Positions 1 through 13,688 of a stretch of DNA of 64,000 nucleotides are shown piece by piece (position 1 is the first letter of the stretch; the number at the start of each line of letters is the position of its first letter). Made by a program: the position numbers and the translations under genes. Source of the stretch: Mobula hypostoma (lineage: Eukaryota); contig NC_086097.1 in the NCBI RefSeq assembly GCF_963921235.1, positions 244,964,001 to 245,028,000 on the forward strand. The letters are read 5' to 3'. Under the pieces are notes generated by a model. It searched no databases. It saw nothing but the letters and a program-made list of their open reading frames with translations, and was not told the origin of the DNA.

Positions 1-865
1 GTGTTGGAAGCACTTCTTTTTACGCTGTATGTCAATAATTTGGATGACGGGGTTGACGGCTTTGTGGCCAAGTTGTGGATGATAGGAAGATAGATGGAGG
101 GGCAGGTTGTGATGAGAAAGCAGAGAGGCTGCAGAAGGACTTAGATTAGGCGAATGGGCAAAGAAGTGGCAGATGGAAGACAGTGTCAGGAAGTGTATGC
201 TCATGCACTCTGGTCGAAGGAATAAGAGAGAAGACTTTTATAAATGGGCAGAAAATTCAAAAATCCGAGGTGCAAAGAAACTTGAGAATCCTCGTGCTGT
301 ATTCCCTGAAGGTTAACTTTCAGATAGAGTTCGTGAGGAAGACAAATGCAATGTTAGCATTCATTTTGAGAGGACTAGAATATACTGAGTCTTTATAAGG
401 CATTGGTCAGACTGCACTTGGAGTATTGTGAGCAGTTTTGGGTCCCTTATCCGAGAAAGGGCATTGTTGAGGGTTCAGAGGAGGTTCATAAGAATGATTA
501 CAGGAATGAATGAGTTGTCGTTTGAGGAGCGTTTGATAGCTCTAGGCCTGTACTTGCTGGAATTTAGAAGGATGAAGAGTTGTCTCATTGAAACCTATCG
601 AATGTTAAAAGGCAAAGATAGGTGGTTGTAGAGATGATATTTCCTGTAGTGAGGGGGAATCTAGAATCAGAGAGCAGAGCCTCAGAATAGAGGGACATCC
701 ATTTAGAACTGAGATTAGTAATTTCTTTAGCCAGATGGTAGTGAATCCATGGAATTTGTTGCCACAGTCGGTTATGGAGGCAGGTCATTGGATGTGTTTA
801 AGACAGAGGTTGATCGGTTCTTAATTAGTCAAGGCATGAAAAGTTACTGGAAGAAGGCAGAAGTA
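1..865 (+). mobile_element. CR1-type LINE, degenerate 3' part of ORF2
   Basis: Frame-broken RT C-terminal motifs (YVNNLDDG, VAKL.DD, KALVRLHLEYCEQFW, GLYLLEFRRM). Confidence 0.85.
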
Positions 866-2122
866 CTCGAGTGGACAATGTTGGTTCTTTGTTCAAGAAG
901 GGAAATGGGGATCATAGTAGGTCAGTGAGCCTTACATCAGTGGCAAGGAAGCTATTGGAGAGTATCCTTAGAGGTAGGATTTATAAGCATTTGGAAAAGT
1001 GTGGTCTAATTTGGGACAGTCAGCATAGCCTGATTTAGAACTTCTCTTAGTTCCTCTGTTCTACAGCAGTCCCAGGGCCCTAGCATTTCATTCTGAAAGT
1101 CCTGTACATTTTTGTCTTTCCAAAATGTAATACCTTGCACTTATCCGAATTAAACTCCATTTGCCATTCCTCAGCCCACTTCTCTGCAAGTCCTGATAAC
1201 CAGTTTCTCTGTTGACACCACCTATTTTAATGACATATGCATCCTATAATTGCTTGAAACTGAAAGCCATTTAAGTTCTTGTCTAAAATGTGACATGTTT
1301 AATATCTCAAACTAAAGATGATTCAGATCCTGAATTTCAAAAATATGTTTCCCTATTCTCCTGCTGTCAAAGTAAAAAAATGAGTCTACTTGAGAAAAGT
1401 GATGATAATATTTTTTTGACTAGCTGTTAGACATCTTAACTTGCAAAGCTACAGAATGATTACATTATAAGTTGATTATCTCTAGGTTTGCTGATAGTGG
1501 GCGCTACCTACTTGAGTGAATTTATTAATGTTTTGGAGAAATTGGGGAAGGATATTTAGAAACAATATTTCACTGGATAGGCTTCATGAATGCAAAGCTA
1601 GGTTTGTTGTAAATCTACAAAATCTGGTTCTTTCCAGATTTATCACAAGGTCAAAAACAAATTAAAATTTGATCTACGTGTGTTGACATATTAGCACCAC
1701 AAACATTGTAACAGGTAATACTGTGTTGGCTAAACATTTTGTTCAGCAGATGCAGATTTTAAAAGATGGGAGCGCATAAGTAAATGCAGTTCGCTCTCGG
1801 TGTCTCTTCCCTGGAGCTCCTCAAAGAGACTGTTGTATGTTTTTACATTTGTGAAGAATAATAAGGGCTGTTGATTGTAGAATTATTACTGTTCAGTTCA
1901 TTCGTAACTCTTCGTAATGTAAACCTGTGCCTGCATGAAGCAAGAGCTGGAATCACATTCAGGCAATGGCTGACAAGTGGCAGGTAACATTCACACTATT
2001 CAAGAGACGTTAATTACTTCTGACATTCAGTAGTGTTATTAGTAACAAGTCACATCCCCAAACCTTCATCATCCTAGGAATAATTAACTACTGACCAGAA
2101 ATACTGCTGGATTGTAAATATA

Positions 2123-2664
2123 CACTCAGTGGCCACTTTATTACGTACCTCCTGTACCCAGTAAAGTTTATGGTTGTGATCTTCTGCTGCTGTAGCCCAT
2201 CCATTTCAAGGTTAGATGTGCTGTGCATTCAGAGATGCTCTTCTGCACGTCACTGTTGTAAAGCATGGTTATTTGAGTTGCTATCACCTTCCTGTCAGGT
2301 TGAACCCGTCTGACCATTATCCCCTGACCTCTATCATTAACAAGGCATTTTTCACCCACAGAACTGCCACTCACTGGAATTTTTATTTTGTTTTTCGCAT
2401 CATTCTCTGTAAATTCTAGAGACAGCTGTGTATGAAAATCCCAGGAGATTTAGAGTTTCTGAGATACTCAAACCCAGCACCAGCAATCATTCCATGGTCA
2501 AAGTCACTTTGATAACATTTCTTCACCATTCTGATATTGGTCTGAATGACAACTAACCTCTTGAACATGTCTGCACTTTTATACACTGAGTTGCTACCAC
2601 ATGACTGGCTGATTAAATATTTGCATTAATAAGCAGGTGTACCCAGTAAAGTGACCACTGAGTG
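2123..2664 (-). mobile_element. Tc1-like non-autonomous DNA transposon
   Basis: TIRs CACTCAGTGGCCACTTTA / TAAAGTGACCACTGAGTG flanked by TA. Internal minus-strand Tc1 transposase HTH remnant (DRKVIATQITMLYNSDVQKSISE...MGYSSRR). A solo TIR of the same family lies near 46183. Confidence 0.88.
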
Positions 2665-2961
2665 TATGTGCACAGCATGACCACAAGGGTAGGTCAGCAT
2701 TGGATATTCTTCCTGACACTCCATCAAATAAAGATACTTGTCTGGAGTGGTTTCAAATCCTCAGCCTGAATGAATTCTGTTGCAGCAGAACTCATTACAT
2801 TCAATATCACCTGGCAGGAATCTGCATACTAGACTGGCAGCTCATCCACCCCCGTGAGCATTTACTTTCCCAACACTCATGTGTTATTTCTGTCATGTCC
2901 AATCTCCCAAATCTTTAAATACATTCTTAAATAAAGTGAACGCTTTAATGAATTCCATATT

Positions 2962-3363
2962 ATAGTACTGTGCAAAAATCTTAGGCACCTAGATATAGCG
3001 AGTTTGTGAATCTGGTGTGAGAAAAGGTTGTTAGGAATGGCAAGAGTGGAGCGCCATGGGAGGGATGCGGGACGGGTGACAGATGGGCAGGGGGTGGCAT
3101 GGTTGCAGACACCAGGCAAGGTAATTTGATTCCAAACAATTAGTTTATTGATCATTACAGAATGTTTCTCCGGTGCTTCCTGCTCCCTCCCCTTTCCCTT
3201 TTCCTTTTCCCAACCATGATTCTCCTCTCCCTTTCCCCTTCCCATTCTCAGTCCACAATAGAGACCCATATCAGAATCAGGTTTATCATCACTCACACCA
3301 TGAATTTTTTTAAGGCAGCAGTACAGTGCAATACATAAAATTACAACAGTACTGTGCAAAAGT
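2962..3363. mobile_element. Composite repeat bounded by CAGTACTGTGCAAAA Tc1-like ends (copy 1)
   Basis: Homologous over about 400 bp to 48497-49008. Confidence 0.65.
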
Positions 3364-4378
3364 GGCCGTGCTGCACTGCAGTTTCTTAATAATCTATAGC
3401 TCTTATTTTCATTATTCAGTTTCAAATGATGTCTAGATTCCTTTTGCTCTATTTGCTGTTGTCTTAAATAACCCACATCCTTTATGCCACATTCCAGTGA
3501 CTAATGCCATTTTCATTGTATCTTTCCTTCCCTGGTCTCATCATTTTGATAATACAGTGCATCAATTGATGTGGACATGGTTGGCCACACAGCGCGTTTC
3601 TGTGTTGAACAGCTCAATTCCTTGATGCCTTCATACTTGACATTCCCCTTCCCCCACCCACCTACCTTCTCCCTCACCTGGTCTCATCGATCCCCTGCCA
3701 GCTTGTACTCCCTCCCCTCCCCTCCCCCACCACTTTATTCTGGCTTCTCCACCTTTCCTTTCCCATCCTGATGAAGGTATTGACTTGGCACGTCCTCTGT
3801 TTATTCCTCTGCAGAGATGCTGCCAGACCTGCTGAGTTCCTCCTGTATTTTGTAGGTGTTCACACTTGTCAATGTTGTGTTCCCATCAGTTAAGAGAGCC
3901 TGCTCCTGATTGACTAAATTCCATTCCACTTTGGTAGCTTCATCACATTTTGAATTTAGAAATGTGATAGTCATATATTTTTGGCTCCATTTTAGTGTTT
4001 GAGAGAAATAATTGACCTTTGAACTGCTTGAGACTGAGCAGTTGTGTGTTGTTGGGGTGCCTTTCACTTTTCAGTTATTCTTTGAGGCGGTGAAGGTGTG
4101 TTTAATTTTCAGTATTATTAATCTTTAATCTCTTAGCGTAATATGATTGCAGGAATAACTAAGTATTCATTTGTGAGATATTTGTTCTGTCATGGTTTTG
4201 AACTTTGTATGTTCTTATAATACCAACCCTTCTTACAAAATTGTGTACACTGGCCATTAATAGTTAACCTTGAGATAATCAACTTATACTGCAGTCATTC
4301 CATTCCTTCAGATACCTGTGAACTCATTAAGATATGAATTCTGCACACGGGGCATTAATATTTGACTTTTGTTATCAG

Positions 4379-4572
4379 ATGCTACTTTGGACCAGTCTGA
4401 TTTGGTTGCAGAGCTACTGAAGGAACTTTCCAATCACAATGAGAGAATAGAAGAACGTAAAGCAGCAATGTATGAACTCCTTAAGTCAATTCAAGAAGAG
4501 TCATTAGGCGTGTGGGATGAACATTTCAAAACTGTTTTGCTGCTGCTTCTTGAGACACTTGGAGATAAAGAG
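4379..4572 (+). CDS. CLASP2: CLASP (CLIP-associating protein, probably CLASP2) internal coding exon, start of C-terminal CLIP-interacting domain
   Basis: Acceptor ttatcag| and donor GAG|gttagt. Translates (D)ATLDQSDLVAELLKELSNHNERIEERKAAMYELLKSIQEESLGVWDEHFKTVLLLLLETLGDKE, matching the recalled CLASP C-terminus. AELL, YEL, QEES, WDEH and GDKE are CLASP2-type residues. Confidence 0.93.
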
Positions 4573-4867
4573 GTTAGTTAACTATGAATTCTCCATTCCA
4601 TAGTATTTCTCATTATGTCTTTTCCTTTGCAATTTCTGTGAATGCATACACCAGATTATATTTCTAGGATAAACAGTGCCTTGGCCTTTTGTAGAATTAG
4701 TTAGTTACAGAAATGTGCAAAGTAACCTTCCCTTGTGTTCCCATTCATCTATGCTTACAATGCAAAAACACCTATCCTGTAGCTCACCATATGGGGACCC
4801 GACTCTGTTGGGCAGTACAATCTTAATTCATAATGTGGTGATGGAGCAAGTGAAGTTGAGTAAAGTT

Positions 4868-5460
4868 CCCCCTCTGGTTCAAGAGTCTGATGGTTGGGGG
4901 GTAATAACTGTTCCTGAACCTGGTGGTGTGAGTCCTGAAGCTCCCCTACCTTCTTTCTGATGGTAGCAGTGAGGAGGACAGCCTGGGTGGTGGTGGTCCT
5001 TGATGATGGATACCATTTTCCTGCAACAACGCTCCTTATAGATGTGTTCAGTGGTAGGGAGGGCTTTCCCCGTGATGGGCTGGGCCACGTCCACTACATT
5101 TTGTACTATTTTCTGTTCAAGGGCATTGGAGTTTCTATACCAGGCTCTGATGCAACCAGCCAATATATTCTCCACCACACATCTACAGAAGTATGTCAAG
5201 GTTTTAGAATGCCAAATCTTCGCAATCTTCTAAGGAAATAGAGGTGCTTTCTTTGTAATGGCACTTGTGTGCTGGGCCCAGGACAGTCCTCTGAACCGAT
5301 AACACTGAGGAATTTAAAGGTGCTGACCCTCTCTTCTGATTCCCCCAATGAGGACAGGCTCATGGACCTCCAGTTTCCTCCTCCTTAAGTCCAAAATCAG
5401 TCTTGCGGACATTGAATAAGAGGATGTTAGTATGGCACTACTCAGCCAGATTTTCAGCTT
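4868..5460 (-). mobile_element. Rex1/Babar-like non-LTR retrotransposon, 3' part
   Basis: Minus-strand FCRCVVENILAGCIRAWY...LPTTEHIYKERC...IIKDHHHP, the typical RT C-terminus of this group. Confidence 0.8.
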
Positions 5461-6204
5461 GTACAGCTCTATATAAAGAAACAACAAGAAAGGCACAGAA
5501 GCTGCTCTGGGGCGTACTGGAGAGGTTATGGAAGAGGGACAGCATCCAGCAGATCCACTCAACCAAAGTTGAGTCTTCAATTCAGTTAAATATTGATCTT
5601 GACAAACCTGCCATGCAGATGCAAAAGGCTTTAGCGCATTTACTTTCATCCATCAAAATATTGAGTGCAGGAGTTTAGACATCATGCCAAGTATTTTTAT
5701 AATGTTATGAGACTGGGAATACTCACGTTCGAAGGGACCATGATGACCTTATACACCGGTCACTAAAAGCAGATGTCCAGGTGCAGCAGTCAGTCAGAGT
5801 ATATATTGGTCTTTTATTACCAGTGGATTGGCACTGTGTCATATCACGCTTGCTGAGATGACACTTGGAAAATACTGCATACAGCTTTTGTAAAATAGAA
5901 GATGCTTGCTAAAGACTGAGTGTGCCTGGGATTTCCACACTGGTCCCTGGGATGGCAGGGTTAATACCAAAGGTGAGATTGAGGAGGCTATGTTGTAGAC
6001 TATCAAGTTTTGAAGAATAAGGGGCAATCTCACTGGAGCACAGAAACTTCATAGAATGCTTGCAGGCCAGACACTGAGTTTATACCCCAGCCAGTGGTTA
6101 TGGCTTCAAAATCAGAGATGAATTTAACTGAGGAGAAATTTCTTTACTCGAGTTGTGAGAATCTTTGGAACAATGGGGAGGCTCAATCATTGATCGTGTT
6201 TATT

Positions 6205-6535
6205 TTATTTTAATTTAGAGATACAGCATGGAACAGGCCCTTCCGGCCCTTCAAGCCCACTGCTGAGTAACCCTTGATAAAATCCTGGCCTAATTGCGGG
6301 ATAATTTACAATGACCAATTAACCTACTAACCGACACACCTTTGGACTGTGGGATGAAACCGGAGCACCCAGAGGAAACCCAGGTGGTCATGGGGAGAAC
6401 ACACAACCTCTTTCCAGAGGATGCTAAGATTGAACTCCAAACTCCGCTCCTTGAGCTATAAGAGTGTCAGTCTAAGCACTGCACTACCGTGGCACCCGAG
6501 GTGGCATTGCGCTAACCACTACGCTACCTTTTCGC
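6205..6535 (-). mobile_element. V-SINE (HE1-like tRNA-derived SINE with CR1-like tail)
   Basis: Minus strand shows a tRNA-like head, the V-domain gttctccccatgacc...gggtttcctctgggtgctccggtttc.tcccacagtccaaag, and the tail gggccggaagggcctgttccatgctgtatct. Confidence 0.75.
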
Positions 6536-6998
6536 CAATGTTCAAGGCAAATATTAATATAATTGTGGATATTTAAAGGATTGTGATATCGGGGTAAGAC
6601 AGGAAAACAATATTTGCAGTGGGATTTTGTTTTTGAAAGGCAGACATTGCTTGGAGCTGAATGGCCTCCTGCTTCTGTCTCTTACATTGTTTATGAATTA
6701 CTGTTCACTTTGGAAAGATATCAATGTGTGAAAAATATTTGCCAGTTGAATGATCTGATGCTAGTGATATGTTAAAAAATTTTAATGCATTTACCCTTTC
6801 ATTCTTTACCTCTCAGGAAGTAATCACCTAGGTTTCCTAATCTCAAATAGCTAATTCTGAAGTGACACTTTTGTTACTAGATGGAATTTCAAATTCTGAA
6901 AACCTCCCTCCTGTTCACCTCTGTGTCCATTCACTGTCTTCAAAGAATTTGCAGTGGGGTTTTATTAACATCGAGTTTCTTTTCTCTTGAAATTGCAG

Positions 6999-7127
6999 CA
7001 TACAATCAGAGCATTAGCACTGCGAGTTTTAAAAGAGATTTTGAAACACCAGCCAGAAAGATTCAAAAATTATGCGGAGCTCACCATCATAAGAACACTG
7101 GAAGCTCACAAAGATCCCCAAAAAGAG
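6999..7127 (+). CDS. CLASP2: CLASP coding exon (129 nt, phase 0-0)
   Basis: ttgcag|CAT...GAG|gttggt. Translates HTIRALALRVLKEILKHQPERFKNYAELTIIRTLEAHKDPQKE, in frame with the neighbouring exons. Confidence 0.95.
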
Positions 7128-7659
7128 GTTGGTTTATTCCTGATCCTTTTGCAAAGGAAGAAATAGAAAGTCAGGCTGCCATATTGCTTCACTGAAAGTA
7201 AACTGATTACCCAGAAAAAGAAAAGTTTACACGTGGATTGGTAACATATAATTTTCTTTTGCCATCGGTTCCGGAAGATTTTCAAGAAGGTGTTAATCAC
7301 GATTAAGACACAAAATATTGGGGGTGAATGACTGATGTGGACAGTAAATTGAATACTGACAGGAAACAGGGAATAGGAATAAATGGGTTATTTATGGACT
7401 AAATATATGACGAGTGGAATGTTGAAGGGATCGAGATTAGATCCTCAACTGTTCACAATATGCATCTGAGAGAGAATCAAATGTAATATATCTGTAAATG
7501 CTACAGAGTAGGCTGGAGGCTGAGGAGGATACAGAAAGACATCAAGGACATACGTATAGCTGTTGTAGCTGTTAGTGTAATAACTTACAGTGCCAGCTGT
7601 AATATCGGGCTTTGATTCCTGCCACTGTCTGTAAGGAGTTTGTGGACTGCATGGGTTTC

Positions 7660-8695
7660 CACGCAGAAGTGGTCCCAACACCGAACCCTGTGGAACACTA
7701 CTAGTCACTGGCAGCCAACCAGAAAAGTATCCTTTTATTTCCACTCGCTGCCTCCTACCAATCAGCCAATGCTCTAACCATGTTAGTAACTTTCCTGTCA
7801 TACCATGGCCTCTTAACTTGGTAAGAAGCCTAATGTGTGGCACCTTGTCAAGAGCCTTCTGAAAGTCTACATAGACAACAGCCACTACATCCCCTTTATC
7901 TACCCTACTTGTAATCTCCTCAAAGAATTGCAACAGGTTCATCAGGCAAGATTTTCCCTTAAAGAAACCATGCTGACTTTGTCCTATCTTGTCCTATGTC
8001 ACCAAGTACTCCGTAACCTCATCCTCAATAATTGACATCAACATCTTCCCAACCACTGAGGTCAGGCTAACTGGTCTCTAATTTCCTTTCCGCTGCCTTC
8101 CTCCTTTCTTAAAGTGTGAAGTGACATTTGCAATTTTCCATTCCTCTGGCACCATGCTGTAGTCCAATGATTTTTGAAAGATCTTTGCTACTGCTTCCAC
8201 AATCTCTAGCGTGACCTCTTTTGGAATCCTAGGGTGCAGTTCATCTGGTCCAGGTAACTATGTACTATGAAAGACTAGGGTCTTTCAGCTTTTTGAACAC
8301 TTTCTCCCTTGTAATAGTAACTGCACTAACTTCTCTTCTCTCACACCCTTCAACACCTAACACACTGCTAATGTCTTCCACTGTGAAGACTGATGCAGAA
8401 TACTCAGTAGTTCATCTGCCATCTCCTTGTCCCCCATAATTATTTCAACAGCCTCATTTTCTAACGATCCTATATCCACTCTCATCTCTTTTATTTTTTA
8501 CATACTTGAAAAAGCTTTTACTATCCACTTTGATAGTGATTGCTAGCTTGCTTTCGTATTTCATCTTTTCCCTTCTAATGATTCTTTTAGTTGCTCTCTG
8601 TAGGTTTTTAAAAGCTTCCCAATCCTCTATCTTCCAACTATTTTTTGCTTTGTTGTATGCCCTCTCTTTTTTTTACATTAGCTTTGACTTCCCTA
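7660..8695 (-). mobile_element. CR1-type LINE ORF2 fragment
   Basis: NLLQFFEEITSRVDKG...DFQKALDKVPH...[15 protein letters not shown]. Confidence 0.88.
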
Positions 8696-8812
8696 AGCTT
8701 TGATGTCCACAGCCGTCCGTGACAATGAATTCCACAAAGTCACCACCCTCTGGGAAGTGATCAGGTGCAAAGAATTACTTGAACTGCGCAAACTAGTCCT
8801 CACTAAGTACAA

Positions 8813-9033
8813 ACAACAGGAATTCTGCAGATGCTGGAAATTCAAGCAACATACATCAAAGTTGCTGGTGAACGCAGCAGGCCAGGCAGCATCTATAGGA
8901 AGAGGCGCAGTCGACGTTTCAGGCCGAGACCCTTCGTCCTGACGAAGGGTCTCGGCCTGAAACGTCGACTGCGCCTCTTCCCATAGATGCTGCCTGGCCT
9001 GCTGCGTTCACCAGCAACTTTGATGTATGTTGC
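8813..9033. mobile_element. Penelope-derived fold-back mini-element (about 94 bp arms) with TSD
   Basis: 8846-8938 is the near-perfect reverse complement of 8941-9033, preceded by a 35 bp tail. Flanked by the direct repeat cctcactaagtacaa (8798-8812 and 9033-9047). Confidence 0.9.
8936..8971 (+). ncRNA. Minimal type-I hammerhead ribozyme motif (Penelope terminal repeat)
   Basis: gtc-CTGACGA-agg-gtctcgg-cct-GAAA-C-GTC-gac: both conserved core strands, stem II, a short stem I and a GTC cleavage triplet. Confidence 0.7.
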
Positions 9034-9808
9034 CTCACTAAGTACAATATCTTTGTAACTGGTGCTTACGATAGTAATAAATAGTTCATCCCTTTGCCCA
9101 AGATAGGATAGGAAAAAGCAAAAGTAAGTAGTGGGAGCTGTATTTTGCAACACAGGCACAGGATGATAAATGATAAATTTCAGATCTGGTGGGACCAGTT
9201 TCTGATAAAATTGTCTCTAACTAAGTCATTACCGCTATCTCCCAACTGTTCTAGACTCTTGTGTAATTCATTTGATTTTTTTTTATTGCTGAATGATACA
9301 AGCGATTGGATTCACCTGGCAGATACTTGGAGCTCTTTCAACCACTGAGGACTAGTTAATATTGCATTTTTATCTTCCCTCTGGTGTTTCTTATGAACAG
9401 GTTAAATTCCAAAGACATCTGAGTTTGAGTTTGTTAAGGGGTTTCTGTGTTGGCACCCAAAACACAGCGAGATTTGCAGCGCATCTCAGACTATGTTGGT
9501 CATTGGCGCAAACAACACATTTCAATGTATGTTTCGATGTACATGTGACAAATAAAGCTAACCTCTGGCATGTGAGGTTATGATTGCACAATGAAAAGTT
9601 TTTGGGAAGATTCTTGTCTATTAGCAAATGATTTGTACTTTAAAGTAGGGACACATGAGAAATATTTTAATAATGTCACATATCCCTATGGATATGTTGA
9701 ATACTGATTTCTCACCAATGCAAAGCCACCAATTTAATATAAGTGTAAGTATTATTGTGGTACCTAACAAGATTCAAAGAGTTCTAACATCTTTCTGTTC
9801 TTCATTAG

Positions 9809-10015
9809 GTGGTAAGAGCTGCTGAAGAAGCCGCTACAGCCTTGGCCACATCTATCAACCCTGAGCAATGCATCAAAGTGCTTTGTCCTATTATACAGAC
9901 AGCAGAATGTCCTATCAACCTTGCAGCAATCAAAATGCAAACCAAGATCATAGAGAGAGTCCACAAAGATGTTCTGAACCAGTTATTACCTGAAATAATT
10001 CCTGGACTGTTAATG
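9809..10015 (+). CDS. CLASP2: CLASP coding exon (207 nt)
   Basis: cattag|GTG...ATG|gtatgt. Translates VVRAAEEAATALATSINPEQCIKVLCPIIQTAECPINLAAIKMQTKIIERVHKDVLNQLLPEIIPGLLM. Confidence 0.95.
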
Positions 10016-12143
10016 GTATGTAACTACATTGTTTCAGATACATATCATTTACTTGTAACTAAAATCCCAAAAGGTTATAGTTATAGTTGAATAGTAGGTG
10101 AATAACTGGCTTCATAATATCATCAATGTAAATCATTCAAGGCATTTAGATAAGACTGTATACTGACTGAATATGAAATTGACTTTGGCTGAATTGAAGA
10201 TTTGAGTGACAGGTGGTGCAATTTAATCTTATTATTTCCATTAGATACAACTCGCCCATTCATCTTTTTCCTTCCTCTTTCAATTTCTGTTGTTTTACCT
10301 TGCTGCTCTCCCATTCCTTTTCTTTTGCCTTTCTTTCCTTTTCTCCACCTACCTCTCTTCTCACTTTTATTCCTCCTAAATCTTGATCAGATGTTCCAAT
10401 CAGCTTAAATTAAAGGAAGCACTAGTTTTGACTACTGTCACTCAAATCTAAAACGGTGTTTGGCTTACGATAAATGACACTGTAGTCCAATTTCAGTCTT
10501 TCACTTTTATGACCTTAAATTATTGGTAATTTGTATTATGTTTAATTAATATTTGTGCCCTCAAGCTATTCAGCCATTTTCCAAGGAAGTAGCTTCTTCC
10601 AAAACATTTAAGCTGGAATTGCCAAGATGTATACACCACCAGTAAAGATCCCCTGACTGCCCGTTGTTGCAAGCCTAACCTACAAGTACAGAGATAGAAG
10701 AGTAGGCCAGTTACCCCCATATATTGTGTCTGTTGTTCTGTAAGATCATGCCAGACCTCTCCCCGAAGCACCACTTTCACATACCAAACACTTCAGTCTT
10801 GATTGCTCTACAGACTCACTTTAAAGAGCTCCACAGCTCATATTCTTAGTATTTTTTTATTTGTGCATTGGTTATTTGTCAGTGTTTGTTTATGTATAGT
10901 TTTTCATAAGTTCTTTTGTATGTCTTTATTTTCCTGTGAATACCTGCAAGAAAATGAATCTCAAGGTATATATCTTCTGTGATAACAAGTTGACTTTACT
11001 TTGATTTTGACTTTATAAATATGTCAATTTAGGAACTGAGCCTCCACAGCCAACTTGGATAAGGAATTTGAAAGGTTCTCTTTTTTTTCTGGGTGATGAA
11101 GTTTCTTCCCAATTCAGCCCTGGAAGTTTGAACCCATGGTTATAGTCACGCCAGCCAGAGAAATGTGATCCATTCAACTTCCTAGTCAAGACCCAGAAGG
11201 ATATTTCAAGGCAATGAGGGCTCAGTCTGGTGAATCTTCACTGTAACCTACAGCAATATAACCTTGCTAAGCTAGAAGGCCATAATGTATTATTCTAAGT
11301 CTACATTAAAAGTCTTTACTCATTTATTCAAGTGCTCTTGCAGTAAAGGCTAAACAAGTTGCTTGTTCTCACTGCACGTTAACTTTCAGTTAGTCCTCTT
11401 TCAGTCCCCCACTATTAAAAAAAAACTATGTCTTTCTATTTTCTCTACTGAACAGGATAACCACATTTTTCCACATTATATACCACTGTTTTCCAGATTA
11501 TATTACATTACATTTCTCCTGCCCTCGCTTTCTACTTCCGCCTAACAACCCACACTGTCCACTTTGTGTCTTCAGCAAACTTCGTCCTCTTAGCCAAATT
11601 GTTCACATAATCTGTGAACAGCTCAGGCCCAAAAAGCAATCCCTGCAGCCCGCCACTAGTCATAAGCTTTCAAAACCAGTGTACTTCTACTTTCTGATTT
11701 GTGTCCATTAATCCTGTTGCCCTCTGCCATTTCTAGGTCCTCTCTTATCAAATTCCATCTTCTATGTTACTCCTACTTACCAGCTCCCAGCTTTTTTACA
11801 TCATTCCCACTATACCCCATCCCTCACCTGTCTATTACCCACCTCACTTGGATCCACCTATCGACCTGCAACTCTAGTTCCATCCCCCCTTCCCAAGTTT
11901 TTATACTGACTATCTTCCCTCTTCCCAGTCCTAATGAAGGGTCTCAACTCAAAATGCTGACTGTGCATTTCCTTCTGTTGATGCTGCATGACCCGCTAAG
12001 TTCCTGCAGCAGTTTGTACGCTGTACCATTTCCAGAGGATTTCTCCAACAGTGAAATCAGGCTTAAAATCGTCTTTGAATTTATCTGCCTTTCCAAATTC
12101 CTTAACATAATTTCTAGAACTGGTCTATAAATTACCCAGATTA

Positions 12144-13320
12144 ACCATAGAACCATAGAAACTACAGCACAGAAACAGGCCTTTTGGCCCTTCTTGGCTG
12201 TGCCAAACCATTTTCTGCCTAGTCCCACTGACCTGCACACGGACCATATCCCTCCATACACCTCCCATCCATGTAACTGTCCAATTTATTCTTAAATGTT
12301 AAAAAAGAACCCGCATTTACCACCTCGTCTGGCAGCTGATTCCATACTCCCACCACTCTCTGTGTGAAGAAGCCCCCCCTAATGTTCCCTTTAAACTTTT
12401 CCCCCCTCACCCTTAACCCATGTCCTCTGGTTTTTTTCTCCCCTTGCCTCAGTGGAAAAAGCCTGCTTGCATTCACTCTATCTATACCCATCATAATTTT
12501 ATATACCTCTATCAAATCTCCCCTCATTCTTCTACGCTCCAGGGAATAAAGTCCTAACCTATTCAACCTTTCTCTGTAACTGAGTTTCTCAAGTCCCGGC
12601 AACATCCCTGAAAACCTTCTCTGCACTCTTTCAACCTTATTTATATTCTTCCTATAATTTGGTGACCAAAACTGAACACAATACTCCAGATTAGGCCTCA
12701 CCAATGCTTTATACAACCTCATCATAACATTCCAGCTCTTATACTCAATACTTTGATTAATAAAGGCCAATGTACCAAAAGCTCTCTTTATGACCCTATC
12801 TACCTGTGACGCCACTATTAGGGAATTTTGTATCTGTATTCCCAGATCCCTCTGTTCCACTGCACTCCTCAGTGCCTTACCATTAACCCTGTATGTTCTA
12901 CCTTGGTTTGTCCTTCCAACGTGCAATACCTCACACTTGTCAGTATTAAACTCCATCTGCCATTTTTCAGCCCATTTTTCCAGCTGGTCCAAGTCCCTCT
13001 GCAGGCTCTGAAAACCTTCCTCACTGTCTACTACACCTCCAATCTTTGTATCATCAGCAAATTTGCTGAGCCAATTTACCACATTTATCATCCAGATCAT
13101 TGATACAGATGACAAATAACAATGGACCCAGCACTGATCCCTGTGGCACACCACTAGTCACAGGCCTCCACTCAGAGAAGCAATTCTCTACCACCACTCT
13201 CTGGCTTCTTCCATCGAGCCAATGTCTAATCCAATTTACCACCTCTCCATGTATACCTAGCGACTGAATTTTCCTAACTAACCTCCCATGCGGGACCTTG
13301 TCAAAGGCCTTACTGAATTC
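12144..13320 (-). mobile_element. Young CR1 LINE, 5'-truncated
   Basis: RT ORFs 13054-13323 and 12219-13154 ([35 protein letters not shown]) separated by one frameshift. 3' terminal repeat (ATGGTTCT)n at 12144-12160. Confidence 0.92.
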
Positions 13321-13688
13321 CATTAACCTTTGCTAGTCTTTTACTTTTCACGTATCCATGGCAGCTTTTACAGTGTTTCAATTCTCAATCGTTTACTTTC
13401 TTATTCTATTTTACCTTCCTTTCAGTTTCCTGCTCCTTTCTTGAACTCCAAGCATTTCCCAATCCCCAAGTTTCCTGTTCTGTTTGGTACATTGTAGATT
13501 TTACCTCTGAACTAGTATTTGGTTTTGTTTTATAGTTGTGGCTAGATTTGTTCTTCAAAGGGATTTATTTTTGCTATAAACTATGTAAGAGTTGTAAGGC
13601 TAGAAGAGACCTTGGGCATCACATTCTGAAGCCCTGACCTCAGAACACCTGGACAGGAATGACAACTCACTGAATGTATAAAATCTTT

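Noticed and set aside
2877..3476. 199 aa minus-strand ORF as a gene
   Set aside because: It lies within a repeat that recurs at 48.5 kb without a conserved frame, and has no recognisable domain.
1..4378. Preceding CLASP exon, or a U4atac snRNA as hosted by mammalian CLASP1
   Set aside because: I found no matching exon or snRNA sequence. The upstream exons must lie before this window.
6881..7195. 104 aa ORF overlapping the CLASP exon
   Set aside because: Wrong frame. The real exon is 6999-7127, defined by splice sites and homology.
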